This document shows, one piece after another, positions 17,894 to 27,465 of a stretch of DNA of 64,000 nucleotides (position 1 is its first letter; each line of letters begins with the position of its first letter). The notes beneath the pieces were generated by a model. The model was not told the origin of the DNA and did no database searches. It saw nothing but the letters and a program-made list of their open reading frames with translations. The DNA is from Bacteroidota bacterium (GTDB lineage: Bacteria > Bacteroidota > Bacteroidia > B-17B0 > Aurantibacillaceae). The position numbers and the translations under genes were made by a program. The stretch covers positions 1 to 64,000 of the forward strand of contig JADJSH010000010.1 of the NCBI GenBank assembly GCA_016711805.1, given 5' to 3'.

Positions 17894-18280
17894 ATGAAAA
17901 CAGTTATTACTTCCGAAAATGCACCATTACCAATTGGTCCTTATAGTCACGCAAACATGGTTCCTGCCTCTGGCAATATGTTATTTGTATCTGGTCAAGT
18001 GGCAAAAGACGCTAAAACTGGCGAACTAATTTTAGGCGACATCAAAAGCGAAACTAAAAAAGTAATGGAAAATGTATCTGCTATTTTAAAAGATGCTGGC
18101 ATGGATTTAACCAATGTGGTTAAAACAACCATTTTTATGAAAGACATGAATAATTTTGGAGCAATGAATGAAGTATATGGTTCATTTTTTACTGGTAATT
18201 TCCCGGCGCGCGAAACCGTTCAAGTATCAAGATTGCCATTAGATGTGAATGTGGAAATTTCGGTGATTGCTGTTAAATAG
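17894..18280 (+). CDS. ridA: RidA family reactive-intermediate deaminase (YjgF/TdcF)
   Basis: 128 aa; PIGPYSHA ... ARETVQVSRLP ... VEI signature of the YjgF/RidA family. Confidence 0.85.
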   Translation: MKTVITSENAPLPIGPYSHANMVPASGNMLFVSGQVAKDAKTGELILGDIKSETKKVMENVSAILKDAGMDLTNVVKTTIFMKDMNNFGAMNEVYGSFFTGNFPARETVQVSRLPLDVNVEISVIAVK

Positions 18281-18511
18281 TCTTTTCTCTCACTAAAAAA
18301 TTGAACCACATAGAAACATAGAATATCAAATGATGGAAAGGCTAGTATAGAAAACAAGTTTTTCTTGCATAGTAAATGCTTTGTTTATCAAGCGAAGCTT
18401 GAACTATCCTGCAACTCTCGAATATGTCATTAAAACTATGTGCCTATGCGGCTAAATTTCCACCTATTATTTTAAACGTTAAACCATTTTGACATATTCA
18501 AAATTTTACTA

Positions 18512-18519
18512 AATTTGGT
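18512..18519 (+). promoter_or_regulatory. Bacteroidetes -7 promoter element TAnnTTTG
   Basis: TAAATTTG ~20 bp upstream of the ATG at 18538. Confidence 0.35.
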
Positions 18520-18537
18520 ATAACTAAACTAAGCAAC

Positions 18538-19191
18538 ATGAAAAAAATTTACACTCTTGTTCTATTAGCTACTATTCATTTTTCAGCAAACGCTCAGGCC
18601 TATCGCAAAGGTTCATTATCCATCAGTATTTCCGAAGGCCATACATTAGCAAATTATCAAACGAACGATATTAGCACTGGCAAAGAAATGCTAGTTAACG
18701 AAGATGTAATTATTGGTGTGCGCGACCCATTAGTGATTGAATATGGTATTTCGAACCGTTGGAGCGTTGCATTAAGTTCAGGTAACGATATTTTCACCGT
18801 TAATCCTTCTAAATATTACGGTTTTTCTACAAGCGATAATCAGGTAAAAATTTCAACCTCTGAATTAAACGCCGAGTGCAGCTACCACGTATTTGTGAAT
18901 AAGCGTTTAGACTTATCTCTTTTTGTTTCGCATGGTATTTTTTCAATTAAAATGAAAGGGAACGATAATGATAATTACTATAACCATACATCAAACGGTA
19001 CGATTGTAAGATATGGAACACGCGTTCATTATTACTTTTGGAAACGTTTAGGCGCTGTTGGAATGGTTAGTTCTTATTTAGCAAATAGCTCTCCTAAAGA
19101 CGTAAAAGATAATAATGTAGCAAAAAAATATTCCACAAACATTAATGGCATTGCCATTGAAGGTGGTTTAGTTTTTAAGATTTTGAAGTAG
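18538..19191 (+). CDS. putative outer-membrane beta-barrel protein
   Basis: Signal peptide, alternating hydrophobic beta-strand pattern; 217 aa. Confidence 0.4.
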   Translation: MKKIYTLVLLATIHFSANAQAYRKGSLSISISEGHTLANYQTNDISTGKEMLVNEDVIIGVRDPLVIEYGISNRWSVALSSGNDIFTVNPSKYYGFSTSDNQVKISTSELNAECSYHVFVNKRLDLSLFVSHGIFSIKMKGNDNDNYYNHTSNGTIVRYGTRVHYYFWKRLGAVGMVSSYLANSSPKDVKDNNVAKKYSTNINGIAIEGGLVFKILK

Positions 19192-19285
19192 TTTTACTTT
19201 CTGATTCCTTTATTTTTAATTTATATAGATGTGTCTGCAAGCTAGACCAATTCAGGTATAAAACATGCCTCTATTTTGATGTAAG

Positions 19286-19395
19286 CATGCTTGAGGGATG
19301 CAAGTGAAAATCCTTTTGTGAGGCACGAACAAAAGATTGCAGCGACAGCCCGACGGCGCTTGTTATTTGCGCCGGCAAGCCCAACAATTTAAAAC
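19286..19395. repeat. intergenic repeat family A copy (partial, opposite orientation)
   Basis: Reverse complement matches GGGCTTGCCGGCGCAAATAACAAGCGCCGTCGGGCTGTCGCTGCAATCTTTTG...GGATTTTCACTTGCATCCCTCAAGC. Confidence 0.6.
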
Positions 19396-19399
19396 ATTC

Positions 19400-21448
19400 T
19401 TAAACAGTCTCCTTTATCAATCCCGATCTTCTTAATAAAGCTTTAGGATCAGCCTCTCTGCCTCTAAATCTCTTATATAAAATTGATGGATGTTCGCTAC
19501 CACCAGCAGACAACACGTTTTTATAAAAGGCAGTAGCCACTTCTTGATTAAAAATTCCTTTTTCTTTAAAGGCTTCAAACGCATCAGCATCAATTACTTC
19601 GGCCCATTTGTAAGAATAGTAACCTGAAGAATATCCTCCTGGAAATATGTGTGAAAATGAACAAGAAGTACATGTTTCAGGAACCGAAGGCATCAAATCT
19701 GTTTTAGCTGTTACACTTATTTCAAAGTCTTTTACGCTTGTAATATGTTTTGGATTTTGGCTATGCCAAGCCATATCCAAGGTTGCTAAACCAATTTGAC
19801 GAATGGTGGCTAAACCACTTTGGAAGTTTGATGAGTCTACAATTTTTTGAATAAAATCAGATGGGATAACTTCTCCAGTTTGGTAATGCTTTGCAAATAA
19901 ATCCAAGCACTCTTTTTCGTAACACCAGTTTTCTAAAATTTGAGAAGGTAATTCCACAAAATCCCAATACACGCTAGTACCTGTCAAACTTCCATATTGT
20001 CCGTTAGCACACATGCCATGTAGCGCATGTCCAAATTCATGAAACAAAGTAGTCACTTCATCAAAACTTAATAAAGAAGGTTTACTTTCTGTTGGCTTGG
20101 TAAAATTACAAACGATAGACACATGTGGCCTAACGTTTTCCCCATTTTCTATTTTCTGATTCACAAACGACGTCATCCAAGCACCTTGTCGTTTGCCAGC
20201 ACGAGGAAAGAAATCGGCGTAAAACACCGCTAAAAATTCCCCTTGTGCATTTTTTACTTCATAAGTAGTAACGTCTTTATGATATAAAGGAATATCGTTA
20301 CGTTGAATAAAAGTAAATCCATATAAACGTTTGGCAGTTTCAAAAACACCTTCAATCACGTTTTCTAATTTAAAATACGGACGTAACAACTCATCATCAA
20401 TGGCAAATTTCTCTTTCTTTAGTTTCTCGGCGTAATAAGGAATATCCCATTTCTTCAAATCTTCAGGACCATTATTTACTTTGATGTATGCTTTTAATTC
20501 TTCTAATTCATCTTTTGCAAAAGACAAAGAATTATCCAACAAATTCTCTAAAAACGAAAATACTTTTGTTGGTGATTCTGCCATGCGTTCTTCTAAAACA
20601 AAATCAGCATGAGATTTATAACCTAATAATACAGCTCGTTCGTGACGAAGAATGGCAATTTGTTTTAAGATATTTTGATTATCATGTTCGTTATTTTTAA
20701 ATGCCTTAGAACCATAAGCTTTAAACATCTGCTCTTTCAAATTTCTATTTTCAGAGTATGTCATGAAAGGTCCATAGCTAGGATAATCCAATGTAAACAC
20801 CCAAGCGTTTTCTTTTCCTTTTTCTTTAGCAGTAATTTTAGCCGCTTCGATGGTTCCTTCTGGTAATCCTGCTAAATCAGATGCGTTAGTAATTACTAAT
20901 TCAAAAGCATTACTTTCTGCTAATACATTTTCGCTATAGGTTAATGAACATTGAGATTTTTCTTTATCAATCGTTCGTAGTTTTTCTTTTTGCTCTGCAT
21001 TTAATTTAGAGCCATTACGCACAAAGCTTTTATAGGTTTTATCTAATAAAGTACTTTGTTCTGGAGTAAGAGTTAATGTGTTTTTAATAGCATACACGGC
21101 CTCTACTCGCTTAAACAACGCATCATTTAAAATAATATCGTTGGAGTAATCGCTTAATTTTGGGGAGATAACTTTAGCTAAAGCTTGCATTTCTTTAGAA
21201 GTCTCCGCTAAATTTAAATTTGAAAAAGTGGAACCAACAATTTCTAATAATGGCCCTACTTTCTCTAAAGCTTCAATAGTATTAGCAAATGTAGGCGTTT
21301 CCTTATTAGTTACAATGGAATCAATTTCTGATAAACCTTGTTTAATACCTTCTTCAAAGGCCGGTAAATAATGGTCTACAGTAATTTTATCGAAAGGAAT
21401 GGTATTGAAAGGAGTATTGAATTTTGATAGGAATGGATTACTACTCAT
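19400..21448 (-). CDS. dcp: M3 family metallopeptidase (peptidyl-dipeptidase Dcp / oligopeptidase A)
   Basis: 682 aa; zinc site HEFGHALH plus downstream E; overall M3 architecture. Confidence 0.85.
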   Translation of the reverse strand: MSSNPFLSKFNTPFNTIPFDKITVDHYLPAFEEGIKQGLSEIDSIVTNKETPTFANTIEALEKVGPLLEIVGSTFSNLNLAETSKEMQALAKVISPKLSDYSNDIILNDALFKRVEAVYAIKNTLTLTPEQSTLLDKTYKSFVRNGSKLNAEQKEKLRTIDKEKSQCSLTYSENVLAESNAFELVITNASDLAGLPEGTIEAAKITAKEKGKENAWVFTLDYPSYGPFMTYSENRNLKEQMFKAYGSKAFKNNEHDNQNILKQIAILRHERAVLLGYKSHADFVLEERMAESPTKVFSFLENLLDNSLSFAKDELEELKAYIKVNNGPEDLKKWDIPYYAEKLKKEKFAIDDELLRPYFKLENVIEGVFETAKRLYGFTFIQRNDIPLYHKDVTTYEVKNAQGEFLAVFYADFFPRAGKRQGAWMTSFVNQKIENGENVRPHVSIVCNFTKPTESKPSLLSFDEVTTLFHEFGHALHGMCANGQYGSLTGTSVYWDFVELPSQILENWCYEKECLDLFAKHYQTGEVIPSDFIQKIVDSSNFQSGLATIRQIGLATLDMAWHSQNPKHITSVKDFEISVTAKTDLMPSVPETCTSCSFSHIFPGGYSSGYYSYKWAEVIDADAFEAFKEKGIFNQEVATAFYKNVLSAGGSEHPSILYKRFRGREADPKALLRRSGLIKETV

Positions 21449-21577
21449 AAAAACGTTTTATTAAATTGTATACATACAAGATACAAAGTAAATATACAAT
21501 GGTTTAAGAAATTGAGCTATAAAAAAGTCCGCTTATTTATCCAAAATAAGTTGTCGAATGTGTTCCTAAAAAGGAAA

Positions 21578-22102
21578 TTAAACAGCCATGGCAGCTTTTG
21601 CTACATTTCTATACATAAAAGATGTATAAATATGTCTACGAGCAAAACGACCTTGTGAATCGGCATTCACCAATTTGACGTAAGTATTTTCAGGAACTGA
21701 AAAATATTCGTACGCACTTCCATCTTGAAAATCGATGCGTAAACGTTTACCAGTAAAGGTTATATCAGCAATGTTTGAATTAGTGATAGTATTATTATAT
21801 TCAGGAAGAGTAGCTTCAATAGTTTCAGGAGCAATACTTACTAAAAAGTGATAGGCTTCAATAATTTTTTTACTTTTTTCTTCCACCTCTAATTTTAATT
21901 CTTCGTTATCCTGAATTTTATCAGGATGAAACTCTTTCATAAAATTACGGTAAAGGCTTTTTAATTCAGCTAAAGTAACGGCTTTATCAACCCCTAATAA
22001 TTTCCTGTATTCAATCACTTTTCTCATTGTAGGTATTCCTTGTATTTTCGGCAAAGATAAGCCAAAATCAGGTACAAAAAACATAAAACACGAGCTTAAC
22101 AT
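21578..22102 (-). CDS. J-domain protein with C-terminal KTSC domain
   Basis: J-domain KLLGV...LKSLYRNFMKEFHPDK; C-terminal KTSC-like region. Likely true start at the internal Met (MRKVIEY), about 25 codons in. Confidence 0.55.
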   Translation of the reverse strand: MLSSCFMFFVPDFGLSLPKIQGIPTMRKVIEYRKLLGVDKAVTLAELKSLYRNFMKEFHPDKIQDNEELKLEVEEKSKKIIEAYHFLVSIAPETIEATLPEYNNTITNSNIADITFTGKRLRIDFQDGSAYEYFSVPENTYVKLVNADSQGRFARRHIYTSFMYRNVAKAAMAV

Positions 22103-22150
22103 TTTTTTAATAGACTTCTAAACCACATTCTGTAACTTTATAGCTCATTA

Positions 22151-22681
22151 TTGCATTATATCCACATGAAGTCTATCCTTTTAATAATTACCCTACTTGT
22201 AGTTTCATTAAGCTCATTTACAACATACAAATCTTTTGTTGTATCCATTAGTTTAATCCAAACAAACGATAGTATTCCAGCAATGAACAAACAGATTATT
22301 GAATTTGTAAAAACAAAAATCAAGAAAAAAGTAGGAACTGGTGAATGTTGGGACTTAGCCGCAGAAGCACTTCAACTCGTAAATGCAAAATGGGACATGA
22401 AGTATAAATTTGGAAAAGAAATTGATTTCAAAAAAGAACCCATTTATCCTGGTGATATCATTCAGTTTGAAAACGTGATTTTGAATTATGAAAAAGACGG
22501 AAAAAAATTTACCGAAAAAATGTCACATCATACGGCAATCATTTTTGAAGTAATTGATAAAACTAATTTTACGATGGCTCATCAAAACAATGGCTATTCA
22601 GGTAAAAAAGTGGGAGTTAGTCCGCTTGATTTAGCGACTTTAACTAAAGGAAAATTTAAGATTTATAGAGCGGAGAGGTGA
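22151..22681 (+). CDS. secreted protein with CHAP/NlpC-P60-like Cys-His signature (tentative)
   Basis: Signal/TM segment; conserved Cys (GECWDLA) and a His ~70 aa downstream (HHTAII); assignment tentative. Confidence 0.35.
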   Translation: MHYIHMKSILLIITLLVVSLSSFTTYKSFVVSISLIQTNDSIPAMNKQIIEFVKTKIKKKVGTGECWDLAAEALQLVNAKWDMKYKFGKEIDFKKEPIYPGDIIQFENVILNYEKDGKKFTEKMSHHTAIIFEVIDKTNFTMAHQNNGYSGKKVGVSPLDLATLTKGKFKIYRAER

Positions 22682-22693
22682 TTATTCTATTTA

Positions 22694-22936
22694 GGGCTTG
22701 CCGGCGCAAAGAACAAGCGCCGTCGGGCTGTCGCTACAATCTTTGCAAAAGGCAGGCAAAGGATTTACGCTTGCATCCCTCACGCGAGTCTCATATTCAA
22801 ATTCGAAATATAGACTTCGATTATTGAAAAGCTAACTCGCGTGAGGGATTGAGGCGTTTGTTTGAGCTCTTTTTATTTATCCATCGGATAAATAAAAAAG
22901 CGAGTGCCGAAAGCCCGACCCGCAGGGACACGCCCA
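22694..22936. repeat. intergenic repeat family A, full-length copy
   Basis: GGGCTTGCCGGCGCAAAGAACAAGCGCCGTCGGGCTG ... long hairpin CGCTTGCATCCCTCACGCGAGT(loop)ACTCGCGTGAGGGAT ... GCGAGTGCCGAAAGCCCGACCCGCAGGGACACGCCC. Confidence 0.7.
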
Positions 22937-22950
22937 ATCATTAAAAAAAT

Positions 22951-25900
22951 TTACCCAACATTTTTGGCAACATAAATAATATTAGAAGTGAGTTTAGTTG
23001 TATCTAATACTTCTAACGTTAAATGAGGATGCTTAGCAATGGTATCTTTAATTAAAGTTCCACTCACAAAGTGTAAACCATCGGTCTTAGTTTTATTAAA
23101 ACCAAATACTTTGGTGCTCATAAACTCGGTGTACCAAGTTCCTTTTTGGCGAGTAGCAATGTCTTTATCCGCATCACGAATCACCAACACACCACCTTTA
23201 TTTAATTTAGACACGCAATTTTCAATCACTTGAATTTGTTGCTCTTCTTTTAAATAATGTAAGACATCGCTGATAATAAATCCGTCCGCTTGAGGAAAAT
23301 CAAATACAGTGACATCACCCACAGCAAAAGAAAGCTTATCTGATTTGTCTATACAACCATCAGCCACCGCAATTTTTTCATCATCATAATCAACGCCTAA
23401 AATTTCGCGGTTACGTCCCTTGAACATTAACATATAAGGCAAGAAACCATAACCACAGCCTACATCCACAATTTTTCCAGTTTTAGGCATTAGGCTTTCA
23501 AACAATTGATAATTATTTTCTAAGCCAGTTTTAATGCGACAGTACCATTCTAACACAGGTCCTTTAAAAATATAATTTCGAATTAAACGAGAACGGAAGT
23601 AGCCAACGGTTTCTTTTTCTTGTTTTAATAAGTCGTATTCTTTGCGCATTAACTTACAAATAGCTTTGGTGCGTTCTTGGTATGTCGCTCCAAAAGAAGT
23701 ATCCGTCGGTTTAATGCGTTCTAATAATTTAACCGTTAAAGAACCATCTTTAAAATGAAAATCACCTTTAGTTACCGTATCCCCTGCTCCATGTAATAAT
23801 AAAGGAACAATATCCAATTGCATTTGTTCTGCTAATAAAAAGGCGCCTTTATGGAAACGCAAAATATCACCTGTCACGCTGCGTGTTCCTTCAGGGAAAA
23901 TTAAAATAGAATAACCTTGTTTTACTAATTCGGTTAACGACGGAATACATTTTTCGTAACCATCCGAAGCACGGTAATAATCAGCTTTCTTTACAATCCA
24001 CCCGTAAAAAGGAGAATTGTAAACCCAATCGTTTGTAAAGACAACAATTTTAGGATATAGCTGTAACGTTAGCGCTAAATCAATATGCGATTGATGGTTG
24101 GAAATAATGATCGCTGGTTTTTCAAACGTTTCGTTGTGTGGATTTACAATTGTTTTTTTGACATTGAAAAAGCAAGCCAAAATAAAACGGAACGTGTACA
24201 TAATGATATAATGAAATATCAATTTACGAGTAGCTGTTTTGGCTGGGAAGATTGTAAATAGTAAAGCACCACAAATTGTAATCAACAATGACCCTACAAC
24301 AAAACCAAAAAAGCCAACAACCGTAATTAAAATGTATTTAGCAGTAAATGGCAGCAAGCCTTTATTTCTTCGATTTAAAACCAACCAATTAAATAATAAT
24401 GGTTGTGCGATAAAAGAAATAAAAACAACACACAACATACCAATTAACGTAATCAAAGCAATAGATTGCAAAGCAGGATGTTTAGCAAATACCATCACTC
24501 CTATTCCTATAATAGTAACTAAAGCTGATAAGAGAATAGATGATTTAAAAGAGTTCAATGTTTTTTTACCAAACTTATATTCGTTAAGTAAGCCATCCAT
24601 GATAAAAATACTGTAATCGTCTCCCAAACCAAAAATAAAAGTTGAGATGATGATATTAATGATATTGAATTTAATACCAAATATGCCCATGATTCCTAAA
24701 ATCCACAACCAACTAATTAACATAGGTAAGAAGTTAATCACTGCTAATTCAATACGTCCGTGATTTAACAACATAAAGCCAAATACCAAAATAGAAGTAA
24801 TCATTAAAATGGTATTGAAATCAGAACTGATCACTTCAACAAACTTTGAAGTCAGATTTTGTTTATCAAATACCACAATGTTTGGATTGGATTCAAAGGC
24901 TTTATAAATCAATTCTCTATTCTCAGCATCCACTTTTACATGGTTAATAATAGACGGCTTACCATTTACTTTCCCAATCCATTCTTTAAACAAATATTTA
25001 TTCAACGAATCCGAATCGGCCTGAGATAATTTAGAAACAGGATTATCTAATAAATTGTAAAACGATTGAAAAGCGGTTTCTTTAAACTTAAAATTCAATC
25101 CTGTAGCAATTAATTGTTGTTTTAAACTATCTTTTTTAGCTTGGTTAAAGAATTTATTCCAACGGTTAATACGCACTTCTTGTTCTTTGTCAGACATAAA
25201 CAAGGCACTTACCGAAGAATATTTTTTAATAAGACCTTGTTGCTTTAATGCCTCTAACTTTTCTGAAACAACCGTGTTATTATCTAAAGCTTCGTTTAAT
25301 GTATTTCCGTTACTAAATACGTAAACCGAACGCGCGGCAAAATTATTAACTTCATCTAAATGTTTTTCAGCATCACGAGTTTCTTTGGTCATGAAACTCA
25401 TTTTGTTCATGTCACTTTCAAATTCAACATCACCTGCAAAAAATGTAAATACAATGGTTAAGATGAAAGCAGAAATTACAATTACTTTGTTTTTATCAAA
25501 ACGATAAGCCGTAAATCTATCAATCCATGAATGTGGAGCTTCATCCGTCTCAACATGCTCTTTTTCTTTTCTGAAACTAAATTTTAATAATTGAGGCAAG
25601 ACAAAAATAGAGAACAACATCGCTCCTATCAACGAAAAGGCCGCAAACAAACCAAAATCATGTAGCGCTTCTGACTTAGCAAATAATAAACTTAAAAAAG
25701 CACCAACGGTGGTTGTACAGCCAATTAACATGGGCACGGTTAAATCTTGTAAAACTGTTTTTACATCTCGTGTATGTTTGTAATGCGTAAAAAAATGTAA
25801 GGAATAATTAATGGCAATACCCAATACCACCGCCCCTGCTCCTATAGCAATGGCAGAGACAACACCTTTTAATAAAAACAAAAAGCTTAAGGCAAATGCC

Positions 25901-26808
25901 ATCCCAAAACCAACTGGAAATAAAATAAAAATAGTAACTAAGGGATTTTTAAAGTACAAGCCTAATAATAAAGCAATCACAATGACAGCAACACTAGAAG
26001 TATATAAACTATCTTTGCGCAACTGATTAGCATTACCAGCCGATACAACAGCCGCCCCAAAATTCTCTATTAAAACCGTTTCATTACTAAATGCTTTACA
26101 AGCACTATCCACCACATTTATTAAGTGCGTGTTGCCTTTGGTATCATTAGGTAAATGAGCAGGTGTGATAAATAACAACACATGCTGATGATCTTTAGTA
26201 ACAATGTGACTATTATACGTTTCAAATTTTTCATCTAACTGAATGTTTTGTAATTTTTTAAGCGCAATGGGCGTAAAGTTGAGCGGATCGCGTTGGATAT
26301 ATTTCCCTAAAACAACACCAGAAGGAGAAAGCAAGGTGGCATAATCTCTTTCAATGGTAGCATCAATACTATCTTTTAAAATGAGGTTTGAGATTTTCGC
26401 GTAATCCTTTTCTTCTAAAAACAGTGGCAAATTATGATAAAACACATCATACACTTGCTGCATTCTATCGTCTGATAAAGTATAAGTAATATCAATATAA
26501 TCTTCGTTACTTAACTTTTGTTGGATATGGCTATAAACAGAATCTGTTTGAGCAATTAGCTGATCGATGTTCTCTCCATTTTTAGTAGAAGCATGCACAA
26601 TTAATTTATCCTTAGATTTTAAATTATCTAAAATTGAATTGATGGATTGCGAATTTTTATCAGAAGGAACAAAACGAGTAATGTCTTCTTCTAATTTAAT
26701 TTTTGAAGCAAAAAATCCTAACGCACCACAAGCAATTAAAATTAATAAGATGAAAAATAACTTTCGTTTTTGGAAAAAGGAATATATAAAATACGAAAAG
26801 TTAAACAT
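22951..26808 (-). CDS. trifunctional fusion: MMPL/RND-like exporter + lysophospholipid (LPLAT/PlsC-type) acyltransferase + class I SAM-dependent methyltransferase
   Basis: 1285 aa. Two repeats of periplasmic domain plus TM bundle with GLGDDY MMPL-type motif. Then acyltransferase motifs NHQSHIDL (HX4D) and FPEGTR. Then methyltransferase motif I VDVGCGYG and motif VLVIRD. Confidence 0.8.
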   Translation of the reverse strand: MFNFSYFIYSFFQKRKLFFILLILIACGALGFFASKIKLEEDITRFVPSDKNSQSINSILDNLKSKDKLIVHASTKNGENIDQLIAQTDSVYSHIQQKLSNEDYIDITYTLSDDRMQQVYDVFYHNLPLFLEEKDYAKISNLILKDSIDATIERDYATLLSPSGVVLGKYIQRDPLNFTPIALKKLQNIQLDEKFETYNSHIVTKDHQHVLLFITPAHLPNDTKGNTHLINVVDSACKAFSNETVLIENFGAAVVSAGNANQLRKDSLYTSSVAVIVIALLLGLYFKNPLVTIFILFPVGFGMAFALSFLFLLKGVVSAIAIGAGAVVLGIAINYSLHFFTHYKHTRDVKTVLQDLTVPMLIGCTTTVGAFLSLLFAKSEALHDFGLFAAFSLIGAMLFSIFVLPQLLKFSFRKEKEHVETDEAPHSWIDRFTAYRFDKNKVIVISAFILTIVFTFFAGDVEFESDMNKMSFMTKETRDAEKHLDEVNNFAARSVYVFSNGNTLNEALDNNTVVSEKLEALKQQGLIKKYSSVSALFMSDKEQEVRINRWNKFFNQAKKDSLKQQLIATGLNFKFKETAFQSFYNLLDNPVSKLSQADSDSLNKYLFKEWIGKVNGKPSIINHVKVDAENRELIYKAFESNPNIVVFDKQNLTSKFVEVISSDFNTILMITSILVFGFMLLNHGRIELAVINFLPMLISWLWILGIMGIFGIKFNIINIIISTFIFGLGDDYSIFIMDGLLNEYKFGKKTLNSFKSSILLSALVTIIGIGVMVFAKHPALQSIALITLIGMLCVVFISFIAQPLLFNWLVLNRRNKGLLPFTAKYILITVVGFFGFVVGSLLITICGALLFTIFPAKTATRKLIFHYIIMYTFRFILACFFNVKKTIVNPHNETFEKPAIIISNHQSHIDLALTLQLYPKIVVFTNDWVYNSPFYGWIVKKADYYRASDGYEKCIPSLTELVKQGYSILIFPEGTRSVTGDILRFHKGAFLLAEQMQLDIVPLLLHGAGDTVTKGDFHFKDGSLTVKLLERIKPTDTSFGATYQERTKAICKLMRKEYDLLKQEKETVGYFRSRLIRNYIFKGPVLEWYCRIKTGLENNYQLFESLMPKTGKIVDVGCGYGFLPYMLMFKGRNREILGVDYDDEKIAVADGCIDKSDKLSFAVGDVTVFDFPQADGFIISDVLHYLKEEQQIQVIENCVSKLNKGGVLVIRDADKDIATRQKGTWYTEFMSTKVFGFNKTKTDGLHFVSGTLIKDTIAKHPHLTLEVLDTTKLTSNIIYVAKNVG

Positions 26809-26917
26809 AGGGTTTAAAGATAGTAAAAAAGCTATTTTAACATTATATAATTTAAAAAAAATACTTTTATATTAAGTAATAAAATGATTATATTTACCTA
26901 AGAAGAATAAATAAATC

Positions 26918-27460
26918 ATGCAAAAAACAATCATCATATTAGCTCTTATTTTCTCTAAAATTATAGTAGGACAAGTATTTCTGTGCAAAGATGGGAATAC
27001 GAAATTCACTTCAGAAGCCCCCCTTGAATTAATTAAAGCACAATCCAACAAAACATCAGGCGTTTTAGATTGTGCTACTAAAAATGTAGCCTTTTCTATC
27101 GCAATTGAATCATTTGATGGGTTCAATAGTGGACTTCAAAAAGAGCATTTCCGTGAAAATTACATGGAAACAACTAAATATAAAGCCGCCACATTTAAAG
27201 GAAAAATTATTGAAGATATTGATTTTACTAAAAATGGAACTTATACCGTGAGGGCAAAAGGAACATTTAATATACATGGCACTGAAAAAGAAAAAATAGT
27301 CAAAACAAAAATCACCATTAAAGATAAAGAAATACTTGTAGAAACGTCTTTTGAAGTTCCTTTAGATGATCATAATATCAAAATACAAAAGGTTGTTAAC
27401 CAAAAAATTGCTTCTATTATTATGGTGGAAGTAAAAGTGAACTTAAAACCTAAAGCTTAA
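26918..27460 (+). CDS. YceI-like periplasmic (polyisoprenoid-binding) family protein
   Basis: Signal peptide; YceI-like pattern (K.TSG.LD..TKNVAFSI...F.....L.KEHF). Confidence 0.7.
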   Translation: MQKTIIILALIFSKIIVGQVFLCKDGNTKFTSEAPLELIKAQSNKTSGVLDCATKNVAFSIAIESFDGFNSGLQKEHFRENYMETTKYKAATFKGKIIEDIDFTKNGTYTVRAKGTFNIHGTEKEKIVKTKITIKDKEILVETSFEVPLDDHNIKIQKVVNQKIASIIMVEVKVNLKPKA

Positions 27461-27465
27461 CCAAA

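Noticed and set aside
18281-18537. 257-bp intergenic region as a candidate small RNA
   Set aside because: It has no recognisable conserved structure or terminator. It was only annotated with a promoter -7 element.
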